64,000 nt of DNA, taken from an uncultured Gammaproteobacteria bacterium (lineage in GTDB: Bacteria > Pseudomonadota > Gammaproteobacteria > UBA9214). Numbering within the stretch: the first letter of the stretch is position 1; each line of letters begins with the position of its first letter. Below, piece after piece: positions 51,267 through 60,653 of this stretch. Both the position numbers and the translations under genes were made by a program. Location: assembly GCA_963748215.1 (NCBI GenBank), contig CAVVHS010000006.1:768001-832000 (forward strand), given 5' to 3'. The notes below the pieces were generated by a model, which was given only the letters and a program-made list of their open reading frames with translations, had not been told where the DNA came from and made no database searches.

Positions 51267-53447
51267 TTAGTTTATTATTTTTTTTCGCTCTAAATACTCA
51301 TACAGTGGAACAAACACATCTACCACCTGCTCCATGATTGGCACACTTCTACTCCCACGATATATTCTGATCGCTAAATTATCCTTCTTTACCGGGCGCG
51401 GCGAAACAGCACTGTCGGACTTCTTAGAAGCACTCGAAGAATCAATCCCCGCGCCAGATATTTGCATAAGATAGGATTTCAGTGGAACCTGATTTGGTTG
51501 TTCACCAATTTCCACCGGCTCAGGAAGTACATTTCTAATGTAAGAAAATTCAATCTTTGAAACAATCTTTATAGCTTTCCCATCAGAATCTTTTGCAGTT
51601 TCATATCCCGACTTACCAAAACTATAAAAATTAAAAACTAAATAATATAGGTATTTATAAAGAGCTGCTTCATCGACATCTAATTTAGCCCCTGAAAGAT
51701 CTAGCAACTCATCAAAAGAATTTGCTTGATATGCTAGCCCCGGATGCGCGTAAAATGCGTTCCCACATACGATGACAGGCTTGCCGAAAGCCAAAGCCAA
51801 CAACCCCACTCCTGAGTTAATCACCACCACCCTATCGGCGAGTTCGATAAGATCGTGAACATGAGTATCATCTGGAACAAATAGCACACCTTCAATATCC
51901 GGTTGCTCAGATTCCAATGGGTGCCGCTTCACTAGTATCACAACCTCTGCTGGGTTTATATGTTTAGCCAAACCTCCAATCCACTGGTTAAACTGCTCTG
52001 TGGATTCCACGGGACCGGCAAAAATTCTTGTAGCGGTATCATTCGGTCTTTGAAGAGCTACAATTATTACTTCCCTTTCACCTAAACTAAAACAGCTTCG
52101 CCAATACTCACTAGAACGACGGATCCCATTGTGTTCCAAAGTATTATCAGAATCACGAAAATTATCGAGCCAAACCTTAATCTTTGATTCCTTTGTAGAA
52201 TCGAGAGGCTTATTCCATAAAGATTCACTATAGCTGTCGCTATCTCCTAAAAACCCCCCTCTATCAAAGAACCAACTATCAGGAAGCGCCCCCCTATCAA
52301 AAACTATGAAAGGTATCTTATTCTTTTTGACAGCCGCATAAAGTTCCTGGCGATGCGGATTTCCGTATGGATTCAAAAAGAATACTTGAGTAAATCCCCT
52401 TTTCTGGATCACAGAGAGCAAATCTTCAGCTGTTTCAAACCATCTCTCTGGAAACCAGTCATACACCCCAAGTGCTGGCAATACTTGACGGATCGCCTTT
52501 GCTGGCTTTGAATGTGGATCAACCATAACTAGAGTTTTATGACTAGATCGTGGGTCACTCAATGGTGCCAATTGGCAACCACCTGCATCCGTTTCCTTCA
52601 TCCTCCGCTGTAATAGTTTAAAATTATTCTGTGAACGCCTATAGGATTTATCCGTCGCCTCCCTACGGGGATGTTCCAAGTGGACCATCGAAATCCCACG
52701 CATAAATACATCCGCGCCATACAAGGCAAAAAAGGACCTAAAACCCTCATACCTGCCATCAAACTGAGTAATATTCTCGTAATATTTCTTCGGCCGGCCG
52801 GAACGAGGGGTTTCGCGTGCAACACGGTGATAGAACTCAAAGTCCTCAGCACCATGGCCTACAAAACTTGGATCATGACCCCCAGTCGTAAGATAATAAT
52901 ACCTATTCATCACGGTTGCGGAACTACCCAAGGCTACATGTTTAACGTACTGCCTACGCCCCTTAAGCGCATAATCATGTATAGATTGATCTACGTGATA
53001 GCCATTACCACTCTCATACCCATCCAAATATAATTCTGTGCCATGTATAGTTAGGAAAATAGTTGGCACACACAGAAAATCATATCCCCTTTTATCGAAT
53101 TTTCTCCTTTCGACCTCTTCAAAGAGACGATGATATGTTTTTTTGCTGCAAAGAAAATCAATATCATGGAACATGATAATATCTGTAGTCGACTGCTGCG
53201 CACCTATATCCCGCGCACGACCTATACTAAACGGAAGACCCTCAGAATCTACTCGATAAATGTCGACATGATCGAAATTTTCCGCGATATCTGATAATTC
53301 ATAGCTACGCTCCGATACGGTACCATAATCAATTATTAACACCTTGAAATAATCTTTTGGTATAGATTGAACTATACGGGTAATCCGTCTTGTTTCATCA
53401 TACAATCTCTCAACAGATAATCGGACCGGAATCACTGCAGTTATCAT
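51267..53447 (-). CDS. Two-domain capsule glycosyltransferase (GT2-like and KpsS-like)
   Basis: MFHDID and GHGAEDFE, then DRGALPDSWFFD, ALQRPND, KRHP, INSGVGL. Visibly AT-rich. Confidence 0.8.
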   Translation of the reverse strand: MITAVIPVRLSVERLYDETRRITRIVQSIPKDYFKVLIIDYGTVSERSYELSDIAENFDHVDIYRVDSEGLPFSIGRARDIGAQQSTTDIIMFHDIDFLCSKKTYHRLFEEVERRKFDKRGYDFLCVPTIFLTIHGTELYLDGYESGNGYHVDQSIHDYALKGRRQYVKHVALGSSATVMNRYYYLTTGGHDPSFVGHGAEDFEFYHRVARETPRSGRPKKYYENITQFDGRYEGFRSFFALYGADVFMRGISMVHLEHPRREATDKSYRRSQNNFKLLQRRMKETDAGGCQLAPLSDPRSSHKTLVMVDPHSKPAKAIRQVLPALGVYDWFPERWFETAEDLLSVIQKRGFTQVFFLNPYGNPHRQELYAAVKKNKIPFIVFDRGALPDSWFFDRGGFLGDSDSYSESLWNKPLDSTKESKIKVWLDNFRDSDNTLEHNGIRRSSEYWRSCFSLGEREVIIVALQRPNDTATRIFAGPVESTEQFNQWIGGLAKHINPAEVVILVKRHPLESEQPDIEGVLFVPDDTHVHDLIELADRVVVINSGVGLLALAFGKPVIVCGNAFYAHPGLAYQANSFDELLDLSGAKLDVDEAALYKYLYYLVFNFYSFGKSGYETAKDSDGKAIKIVSKIEFSYIRNVLPEPVEIGEQPNQVPLKSYLMQISGAGIDSSSASKKSDSAVSPRPVKKDNLAIRIYRGSRSVPIMEQVVDVFVPLYEYLERKKIIN

Positions 53448-53456
53448 ACATACATC

Positions 53457-54155
53457 CTATTCGCTTCTTGAATATACAACGACTGCACCAACAGAATAAT
53501 CAGGGTCATAGTAAAGTCCTTCTCCACGAAGATCCATCGCCATCGTATCTATACCCCTCAACCCTATTGACCCCTTATGCACCTCTAGCAATACTGTCCT
53601 CACGCAGCTCAAATCAACACGGTTAAAAAGATCGACTTCGCCACCCTCAATATCGCAAATAATTATCGTTGGCTTGAAATCATCAATTAATTCTTGAACA
53701 TCAAGAATAGGAACACTTATGCAAGAAATATAACCTGCCTTAGGCTCCAAAGAAGCCCCCCAAAAGTTTTCCGTAATATAAAAAGACACCACATTATCCT
53801 TTACCTCACCTAGTTTGCGACGCCCTATTCGTGATAGCGCAACTCCATTTATAACTTTAGATTTTACCCTATTCAGCACATGTGTAGACCTAATAACTTC
53901 TATAAGCTTAGGATTCGCTTCAACAGCAACACATTCTTCGAGTTTGCAGTGAGCAGCTGCAAGCGCTGAAAGATATCCCACACCAGCACCGAACTCCAAA
54001 AGCCGATCACCATCTCGAAATATACGTGGAATTTGCCTGGCCTCTAAATGTTCATATTTACCTGAGTCAAAGGCTTTCTTTATCGTCGACGTTAACATTT
54101 CATTCGGAATGTCAAGCTTCACCCCCTGAATGTTATACGTTGCTATATCATTCAT
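53457..54155 (-). CDS. FkbM-family methyltransferase
   Basis: LEFGAGVG, VEANP, CDIEGGE, LEVH. Confidence 0.8.
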   Translation of the reverse strand: MNDIATYNIQGVKLDIPNEMLTSTIKKAFDSGKYEHLEARQIPRIFRDGDRLLEFGAGVGYLSALAAAHCKLEECVAVEANPKLIEVIRSTHVLNRVKSKVINGVALSRIGRRKLGEVKDNVVSFYITENFWGASLEPKAGYISCISVPILDVQELIDDFKPTIIICDIEGGEVDLFNRVDLSCVRTVLLEVHKGSIGLRGIDTMAMDLRGEGLYYDPDYSVGAVVVYSRSE

Positions 54156-54227
54156 TCCTAGCTCCCCTATCTACCAAGTTCTACATGACTGTAAAGGAGC
54201 CTCTTAATATGCTCCCGCGTTCTTTGA

Positions 54228-54482
54228 TCAACCCATACCAGTGCTTACATCAGGTGGATACGCAACGTCACCGACAATGGGTAAGGCGGCTAACTGCCTG
54301 TCTTGCGATAGAATGATTTGATCCGGTTTCCCAGGCATTTCCACGGAATGAGCTGATCTATCACGGCAAGGAATTTTTCCCGGCGTGGTTGCTTGCACTT
54401 GGTGCGGTATTCTGCATCCAAAAAGCTCATCTGACCCATGGCTGCCCGCTGTCGAAAAAGATGCGTATTGTCGTTCATGCAA
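54228..54482 (-). mobile_element. IS5-family transposase N-terminal remnant
   Basis: MGQMSFLDAEY..K.KQPRREKFL..IDQLIPW. Confidence 0.75.
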
Positions 54483-54501
54483 GGACTTTCTCAGAGCCTC
54501 A

Positions 54502-55616
54502 CTAGTCCTGATGGTCCTTTACGATAAGAACTATCATATGAGTAATTAGCGCCAAAAATATGGCTATTATTGTAAAAACTGTTGAATTGTAGGCCCGTCG
54601 TGGCTCTAGAGGATATTCGGGCAAGGTAGGGGTCTGCAAAACCGACACTTGTTTCAATTGCCGCGCAGCATCAATTCTAGTGTTCTGTAGTGCAGCCAAG
54701 GCACCTGAATAACTTTCCTGCGCGAAACTGCAGCTTGAGTTCCAAAGTCTGGTAATCGGCTGACTTTACGTTCAAAGCATTCCCAGACTGTTCAGCCATT
54801 CGGCTCTGCTCATGCGCAATCTGAGTTTCCAAGGCCTTAATTTCGCTATCCACACGCTTAACTTCCGGCGAGTCTGCGCTTTGAAAACTGACAAGCACTG
54901 ACTTTCTTGCCTTGAGAATTGCACACTGTCCTTCGAGTTCTGCGACCAAAACGCCAATCGCTTCAACAGTACCGACCGGGGAAACGAGCCCATACTGGTT
55001 TTGGTAGTCAATAAGGGCTTTCTTGGCTGACTGATAATTTTTTACTCAGTTCATCGACCTGTTTCTCCAAAAAACGGACCTGCTCATCAGCGAGGCGATA
55101 ACCAAGTTCGTTCATGTAGGACTCCCCGGTTGTAATGAGAAGCTTGTTAATCCGCTGAGCTACATCAGGAGAAAATGCCTGTATCTTGATTCGCAACACC
55201 TGCGAATAGTCATCCAGTTCTACGGAGATCACTGATTGGTAGTATTCGTGCAGTTCTTCCAGGGGAACTTGATCGGATGACAATCTGGAGAACCAGTCGA
55301 TTTTACTGTTCGAGTAATGCTCTCTAAAACCCACAGCGTCGTTGACGTTCTGCATCATATCGACGGATAACAGATAGTCGCGCAACAACAGCATATCACC
55401 AGACTTGTTGGTGCCCGCTCCACCGAACAGTGATCCGAAACCCATCTCCGGTGGAGCAATCTGAGGGCTCTCAAGCACAACGTTGCTCTCAGACACATAC
55501 CGATCACTTGCTATAAAGACCCAGTAAGAGACAACGATAATGATCGAAACGAAGCAAATCGCCCAATGAGGATAACGTCTCGCAAACGCGAGTAATTGTG
55601 CACTACTTCTTGCCAT
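54502..55616 (-). pseudogene. kpsE: KpsE capsule export protein, split by two frameshifts (~55025 and ~54720)
   Basis: ASDRYVSES, LLRDYLLSVDM; KALIDYQNQYG...; LQTPTLPEYPLEPRR, spread over three frames. Confidence 0.8.
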
Positions 55617-56289
55617 TCGTCTTCGCTTGATCCGTTAACTCGTGGTACGCATTGATGGCATTTTTAATGTCGTTGTACCAGGTCGAGCTTCCTTGTGTAA
55701 GCAGTACGCCGGCTTGGCACAAGTCTTTCAATATGCCTTCCTGGTGGGAGACGATGATCAGGCTGGATCGGCCGACCCGATCACGAAAGGCCTTTTCCGC
55801 TTTGCGCTTGAAGACTCGATCGCCCACAGCCGTAGCCTCGTCAGATAGATAAACCTCAAAATCGAAGGCCAGCGACAAACCAAAGTTGAGGCGACTACGC
55901 ATGCCGCTCGAATAAGTTCGTACTGGCTTGTCGAAGGCATCGCCGATTTCGGAAAAATCCTCGACATACTCAATGAGGTGGGCTATTTCTTCCTCATCCG
56001 CACCATGCACCCTGGCAACGAATTTGACATTCTGGCGACCGGTCATTTTCCCCTGCAAACCGCCACCCAAACCGATCGGCCAGGAAACGCTACAGTTTCG
56101 TGTGATTTTACCCTTGTCGGGCGAATCCATTCCTGCGATCAGACGAAGTAGCGTAGACTTTCCAGCGCCATTGCCACCCAGAATGCCCACGCTCACGTTC
56201 GTGGGAAAATCGATATTGATATCTTTTAGCACCCAATTATGGCTAAAGTGATCTCGGTACCGCTTGTAAAGATTTCTGACGCGAATCAC
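55603..56289 (-). CDS. kpsT: Capsule ABC transporter ATPase
   Basis: GGNGAGKST, YSSGMRSRL, DEATAVGD. Confidence 0.92.
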   Translation of the reverse strand: MIRVRNLYKRYRDHFSHNWVLKDINIDFPTNVSVGILGGNGAGKSTLLRLIAGMDSPDKGKITRNCSVSWPIGLGGGLQGKMTGRQNVKFVARVHGADEEEIAHLIEYVEDFSEIGDAFDKPVRTYSSGMRSRLNFGLSLAFDFEVYLSDEATAVGDRVFKRKAEKAFRDRVGRSSLIIVSHQEGILKDLCQAGVLLTQGSSTWYNDIKNAINAYHELTDQAKTNGKK

Positions 56290-57071
56290 GATGCTGCCAA
56301 CCTATATTTGTAACGAATGTGCAGCATCAACCCCATCAACACCCACCCCAGTATCCAGAACCACATATAAACGACATCGGCTTCCGGTATCACACGATAA
56401 CTGTCGAAAAATGCCCCTCGCAGCAACTCTAGGCCATGGGCAATGGGATTTATCATAAGCAACTGTCGGAAATTGTCGGGCAGGTGGCTGATCGGGAAGA
56501 TCGCACCGGAGATCAGTAACAATGGAAATGACAAAATTCTAGTAATCCAGCCAATTTCCTGAATTATCGTGGACAAAGCGGATACAACAAGCCCGGCGCC
56601 TACCCCAAGCATCCACAATGAAAACCAGAGAAACATGGCCAGCATGGGTTTATCAGGGAGCAGATCCAATCCCTGTAAAAGACTCCCCAAAATAAAGAGC
56701 AATAATACGAATGTCTTCAGAACCCCTTCGACATAGAAACGCACCAGTACCGGGTCTATGGGTTTAACCTGCCGATAGGCAAACAACGCCCTGTTGCTGT
56801 CTATCGCACCAAGCGAGCGCATCAAGTTCTCACGGAACAGGAAGAATCCCAACAACCCGACCACCAACCATGGCACCTGCTCGACGCCGTTAAAGCTGAT
56901 ATGCGCACCCACAATGGCCCGAACACCGACCATTATGATAATCAGCGCAACCGGTTCGAACAACATCCAGAACCATGACAAACGTTCGCCTGCTACTCGA
57001 ACAATCGTTTCGCGCATGAAGATAGCGTGCCAAACTGCCAGTGTTACCTGCCACGAATTTCGCGCTTTCAT
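56286..57071 (-). CDS. kpsM: Capsule ABC transporter permease
   Basis: WMLFEP, LFAYRQVKPID, INPIAHGLELLR, multiple transmembrane segments. Confidence 0.9.
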   Translation of the reverse strand: MKARNSWQVTLAVWHAIFMRETIVRVAGERLSWFWMLFEPVALIIIMVGVRAIVGAHISFNGVEQVPWLVVGLLGFFLFRENLMRSLGAIDSNRALFAYRQVKPIDPVLVRFYVEGVLKTFVLLLFILGSLLQGLDLLPDKPMLAMFLWFSLWMLGVGAGLVVSALSTIIQEIGWITRILSFPLLLISGAIFPISHLPDNFRQLLMINPIAHGLELLRGAFFDSYRVIPEADVVYMWFWILGWVLMGLMLHIRYKYRLAAS

Positions 57072-57098
57072 AGTTCAGCGAATCTCAACCCCAAAAGA

Positions 57099-58820
57099 TT
57101 ACAGGTTCAAAGCGACACTAGTCGCAATCGCAATCTGGTAAAGTATCTGGGTTATGCTCGTTGCAAGCGACAGATTCTTGGTTGGCGCCTTGGGGAGCAC
57201 CAGGATCTCATCACCCGGTCGCAAGGCCACAGCATTTTCCTCACGCACCTCGCCGTTGCGGCGTACAATGAGAATCTTGTCATCGTCGGCTTGTTTAGTG
57301 AATCCACCGGAACCATCGATGTAATCACGTACCGACATGCCTTGCTGGAACACTGCGGCTTGGGGAACCAGCACTTCCCCACTGATCAGAATCGAATCAT
57401 TGATTTCGGGCAGAGTGATCACATCGCCATCCTGCAGACGAATATCGGCAATCCCCGAATCCTTGGCTACTACCAGACGGCCATTGGGTTCGATACGGGA
57501 AGCTTTGGCCACAAACTCCCGAATCAGTTGCGCTTCCTTTACTCGAATCGCAGACTCTTCCGGGGTCGCCGAGCTCGCTCCCAAGTAGCTGCTCTCGAGG
57601 CGCTGCAAGCTGTCGGTCAAGGCCTTCTTCTGGCGCTCAGCAACACTGACCCGGCGGATCGATACGCTTGCCGTATCAGTGAGCTCCTCCGGAACTGAAA
57701 CAACAGACAACAATTCTGTCAGCCGTACATCCTTGGGCAGGGTGTAGCGCGAGGGCCCATAGAAGCTTCCCTCCAACTGCACGACGATCGTCTGCTCATA
57801 CCAATCGGCACTGAAAAAGACATCGTCGCCATCACGCAGGCGTTGCTCGGCAAATTCGGACATTGTCCGGTAGGTCGAAAAGGGTCCCTCGTCACGACCA
57901 CCGCGCAGCAACACGTACGATACATTGGGCTGCAGCCGCGCCATCTTCAATAACGCCGCACCGTAGAGTTCATTGGACAGAAGCTCGTAACTATAGGCAC
58001 GCAAGACATCACCGGCAACCTGAACAGCAGCGCCGCGCGGACCAACCACGATCGTATCGCCATCGCGAAACTGCAGTTCTTTCAAGGTACCTTTGGTTAG
58101 AAAGTCGTAAAGATCAACCTGGGCTATCTCGCTACCAGAGCGCTTGATACTGATCTTTCGATAGCTGCCCAACGCATTATCAATGCCACCGGCCTGAGCC
58201 AGGAAATACAGCACCGAACCATCAGGTGTTCCCGCGTAATGACCGGGTTTATTGACATAACCGGAGACAAATACGGCTACGGGCTGAACGCCCTGGAGAT
58301 TTGTGTACACGCTGACGTTTTCAGGATACACGGTACGCACGGCCTCACGCACACGGCCACTCAGTTCTGCATTGGTCAGTCCCTGCACTTTTACCGGTCC
58401 AATGGCGGGAATAAAGATATTGCCCTTAGCGTCAACTGGCTGGATGCGTTCCAGTTCCACCGCGCCCCAGATCCGCAGGGTAATCTGATCACCCGGTACC
58501 ACACGGTAATCGGGGCTCAACCCGTCTGCCCTGACCCCGGCAAAACCTTTGCCACTGAACAACTCGCTACCGAAGGGCTGGATAATGTTGTCCTGACTCT
58601 CAGAGTCGGCACCTGGCGGTATCTCTCCGTATCCTCCGGTTCGCCAATCGGTACGTCCCGGCTCTTCGTTAACCGGCTGTTGCAACTGCTCGGCCTGTTG
58701 ATCGATCGTCAGATCACCTGCGCTCTCCAGGCCCGCCAATGCAGCTACAACCTGCGTAGCCGAAACAAGGCCGAGTGCGAGAACAACACACTGTATTGTA
58801 AGTCTGAAGAGAAAGCTCAT
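57099..58820 (-). CDS. kpsD: Capsule export outer-membrane protein
   Basis: PDYRVVPGDQITLRIWG, SLBB repeats, C-terminal TQILYQIAIA. Confidence 0.9.
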   Translation of the reverse strand: MSFLFRLTIQCVVLALGLVSATQVVAALAGLESAGDLTIDQQAEQLQQPVNEEPGRTDWRTGGYGEIPPGADSESQDNIIQPFGSELFSGKGFAGVRADGLSPDYRVVPGDQITLRIWGAVELERIQPVDAKGNIFIPAIGPVKVQGLTNAELSGRVREAVRTVYPENVSVYTNLQGVQPVAVFVSGYVNKPGHYAGTPDGSVLYFLAQAGGIDNALGSYRKISIKRSGSEIAQVDLYDFLTKGTLKELQFRDGDTIVVGPRGAAVQVAGDVLRAYSYELLSNELYGAALLKMARLQPNVSYVLLRGGRDEGPFSTYRTMSEFAEQRLRDGDDVFFSADWYEQTIVVQLEGSFYGPSRYTLPKDVRLTELLSVVSVPEELTDTASVSIRRVSVAERQKKALTDSLQRLESSYLGASSATPEESAIRVKEAQLIREFVAKASRIEPNGRLVVAKDSGIADIRLQDGDVITLPEINDSILISGEVLVPQAAVFQQGMSVRDYIDGSGGFTKQADDDKILIVRRNGEVREENAVALRPGDEILVLPKAPTKNLSLATSITQILYQIAIATSVALNL

Positions 58821-58854
58821 CGAATCATTCTATCCTGATCACTCATTATTTGCC

Positions 58855-59229
58855 TTAATAGAGCGGCACAACAAGACGCCGTGTATACCACTGCCCACCG
58901 GACTCCTGACAGGCCAACAAGGCCTGTTCGCCCTGAGCACCGCTCACGAAAATTCTACGGCAATACTCACCGATCGCAGAAAAATAGACCGGTTCAGCCT
59001 TTATCAGCACCCCGCCACCCCATGGACTCGCGGCAAATTCACGAGTTGCCGCTTCTCGATGGTCATTCAGAAATCGGGACAAATCCTCAGGCATGGCAGA
59101 AGCATCCCCTTGATCACTATGATCCTGGCTAACCGGCAGATACGCACATCCGTAGACGAGCATAAGACTCAGAATGACCGTAAAACGTACCAGCACTCGA
59201 TTCAGCATCTGATCTGAAAGAAAACCCAT
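58855..59229 (-). CDS. Small lipoprotein (DVU3141-like)
   Basis: Lipobox VYGC, YFSAIGEYCRR...LAC motif. Confidence 0.6.
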   Translation of the reverse strand: MGFLSDQMLNRVLVRFTVILSLMLVYGCAYLPVSQDHSDQGDASAMPEDLSRFLNDHREAATREFAASPWGGGVLIKAEPVYFSAIGEYCRRIFVSGAQGEQALLACQESGGQWYTRRLVVPLY

Positions 59230-59324
59230 CTGAAATTCTCGATAAACGAAAGTTGGGGCTGATTATACATGCGGCCCCTCCCGGAAACACTGCGGCCGGG
59301 CATCCCGAGCCGCGCGAAGAAGTT

Positions 59325-60653
59325 TCAACTGTCGGCCAAAGTCAATGCCTCGATAGTAGCGCGTGCCTGCTCCTCCTTATGCTGAGTGCTCAAGAAAAAA
59401 CGCAATCGTGCCTCCTTTTCCTCAACGGCGGGATATATGATCGGCTGCACATTGATTCCACGTTCGAACATTCGGTTGGAAAGCTTCGTCGCTTTCAGCG
59501 AACTACCAGTGATAACCGGCACGATGGCATACCCCAGCGAGTGACCTGTATCGAGACCTGCCTCTCTGGCTTTTTGCAGAAAGTCCTGCGATTGCTCACG
59601 AAGACGTTGTACCCGGCCGGGTTCCTTTTGCATCAGGCGTAATGCCTCCAAAGAAGCCGCTGCCAGCACGGGAGAGATTCCAACACTGTATACGAAACCC
59701 GGGGCTGCGTACTTAAGGTGCTCGACCAGGGCCCGCTCGCCTGCTATGTAGCCGCCGCTCCCGGCCAGCGTCTTGCTCAGCGTCCCCATCCAGATATCGA
59801 CATCTTTACCATGCACATCAAAATGCTCATGGATACCCCGGCCATTATTGCCCAGGACACCAAGCGAGTGCGCTTCATCGACCATCAGGAATACCTTGTG
59901 ACGACGCTTTATATCGATCAACGCAGGCAGATCAGGTATATCGCCATCCATGCTGTAATGGCCTTCGACCACGACCAGAACACGTTCGAACTGGCCGCGT
60001 ATATCGGCGAGAATCTGATCCAGCATCCGATGGTTGTTGTGCGGAAATGAACGGCGCGCACTGCCGGAAAGCTTGATTCCCTCGATCACGCTGTTGTGTA
60101 TCAGACTGTCATGGATGATCAGGTCCTTGGGACCGAACAGGTACCCGATCGTACTGACGTTGGTCGCATGACCGCTGACAAATACGATGCAGTCTTCCAC
60201 ACCATAGTTGTCAGCCAAGGTCTCTTCCAGTTCGCGCTGCACACCGCGCTCACCGGCGACCAGGCGACTGGCCGAAGCGGATGTCCCGTAACGGTCTATA
60301 GCCTCTTTCGCTGCCTTGTTGACTGCAGGGTGTCCAGCCAGGCCCAGGTAGTTGTAACTGGAGAAGTTGATGTACTCGCGACCGCCAATGCGAGTGGTGG
60401 CTCCGGCAACCCCATCATGAGTTATGAAAAAGGGGTTGGCCAGCTTAATGCGGTCCGCCGCCATCTTCGAGACCAGAATTTTTTCATAGCCCGGATGACG
60501 GTCAAAACGACAGAAGGCATCCGGCACCGAGGCATGCCTGGACGTGCGAGAAGCCGGCAATGAATCACCCGATTCGACACCCTTGCCTTTCTTCCCGAGA
60601 AAATGCTCGATCAATTGCGCTTTGGCGGCATGACCCAAACTCAGTTTACTCAT
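59325..60653 (-). CDS. wcbT: PLP-dependent alpha-oxoamine synthase (WcbT/RkpG-like)
   Basis: NFSSYNYLGL, HNS, DEAHS, GTLSK; overlaps the PKS stop codon. Confidence 0.8.
   Translation of the reverse strand: MSKLSLGHAAKAQLIEHFLGKKGKGVESGDSLPASRTSRHASVPDAFCRFDRHPGYEKILVSKMAADRIKLANPFFITHDGVAGATTRIGGREYINFSSYNYLGLAGHPAVNKAAKEAIDRYGTSASASRLVAGERGVQRELEETLADNYGVEDCIVFVSGHATNVSTIGYLFGPKDLIIHDSLIHNSVIEGIKLSGSARRSFPHNNHRMLDQILADIRGQFERVLVVVEGHYSMDGDIPDLPALIDIKRRHKVFLMVDEAHSLGVLGNNGRGIHEHFDVHGKDVDIWMGTLSKTLAGSGGYIAGERALVEHLKYAAPGFVYSVGISPVLAAASLEALRLMQKEPGRVQRLREQSQDFLQKAREAGLDTGHSLGYAIVPVITGSSLKATKLSNRMFERGINVQPIIYPAVEEKEARLRFFLSTQHKEEQARATIEALTLADS

Noticed and set aside
59325-60653. Biotin synthesis gene bioF
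   Set aside because: No other bio genes are nearby; coupling to the PKS in a capsule locus fits WcbT/RkpG.
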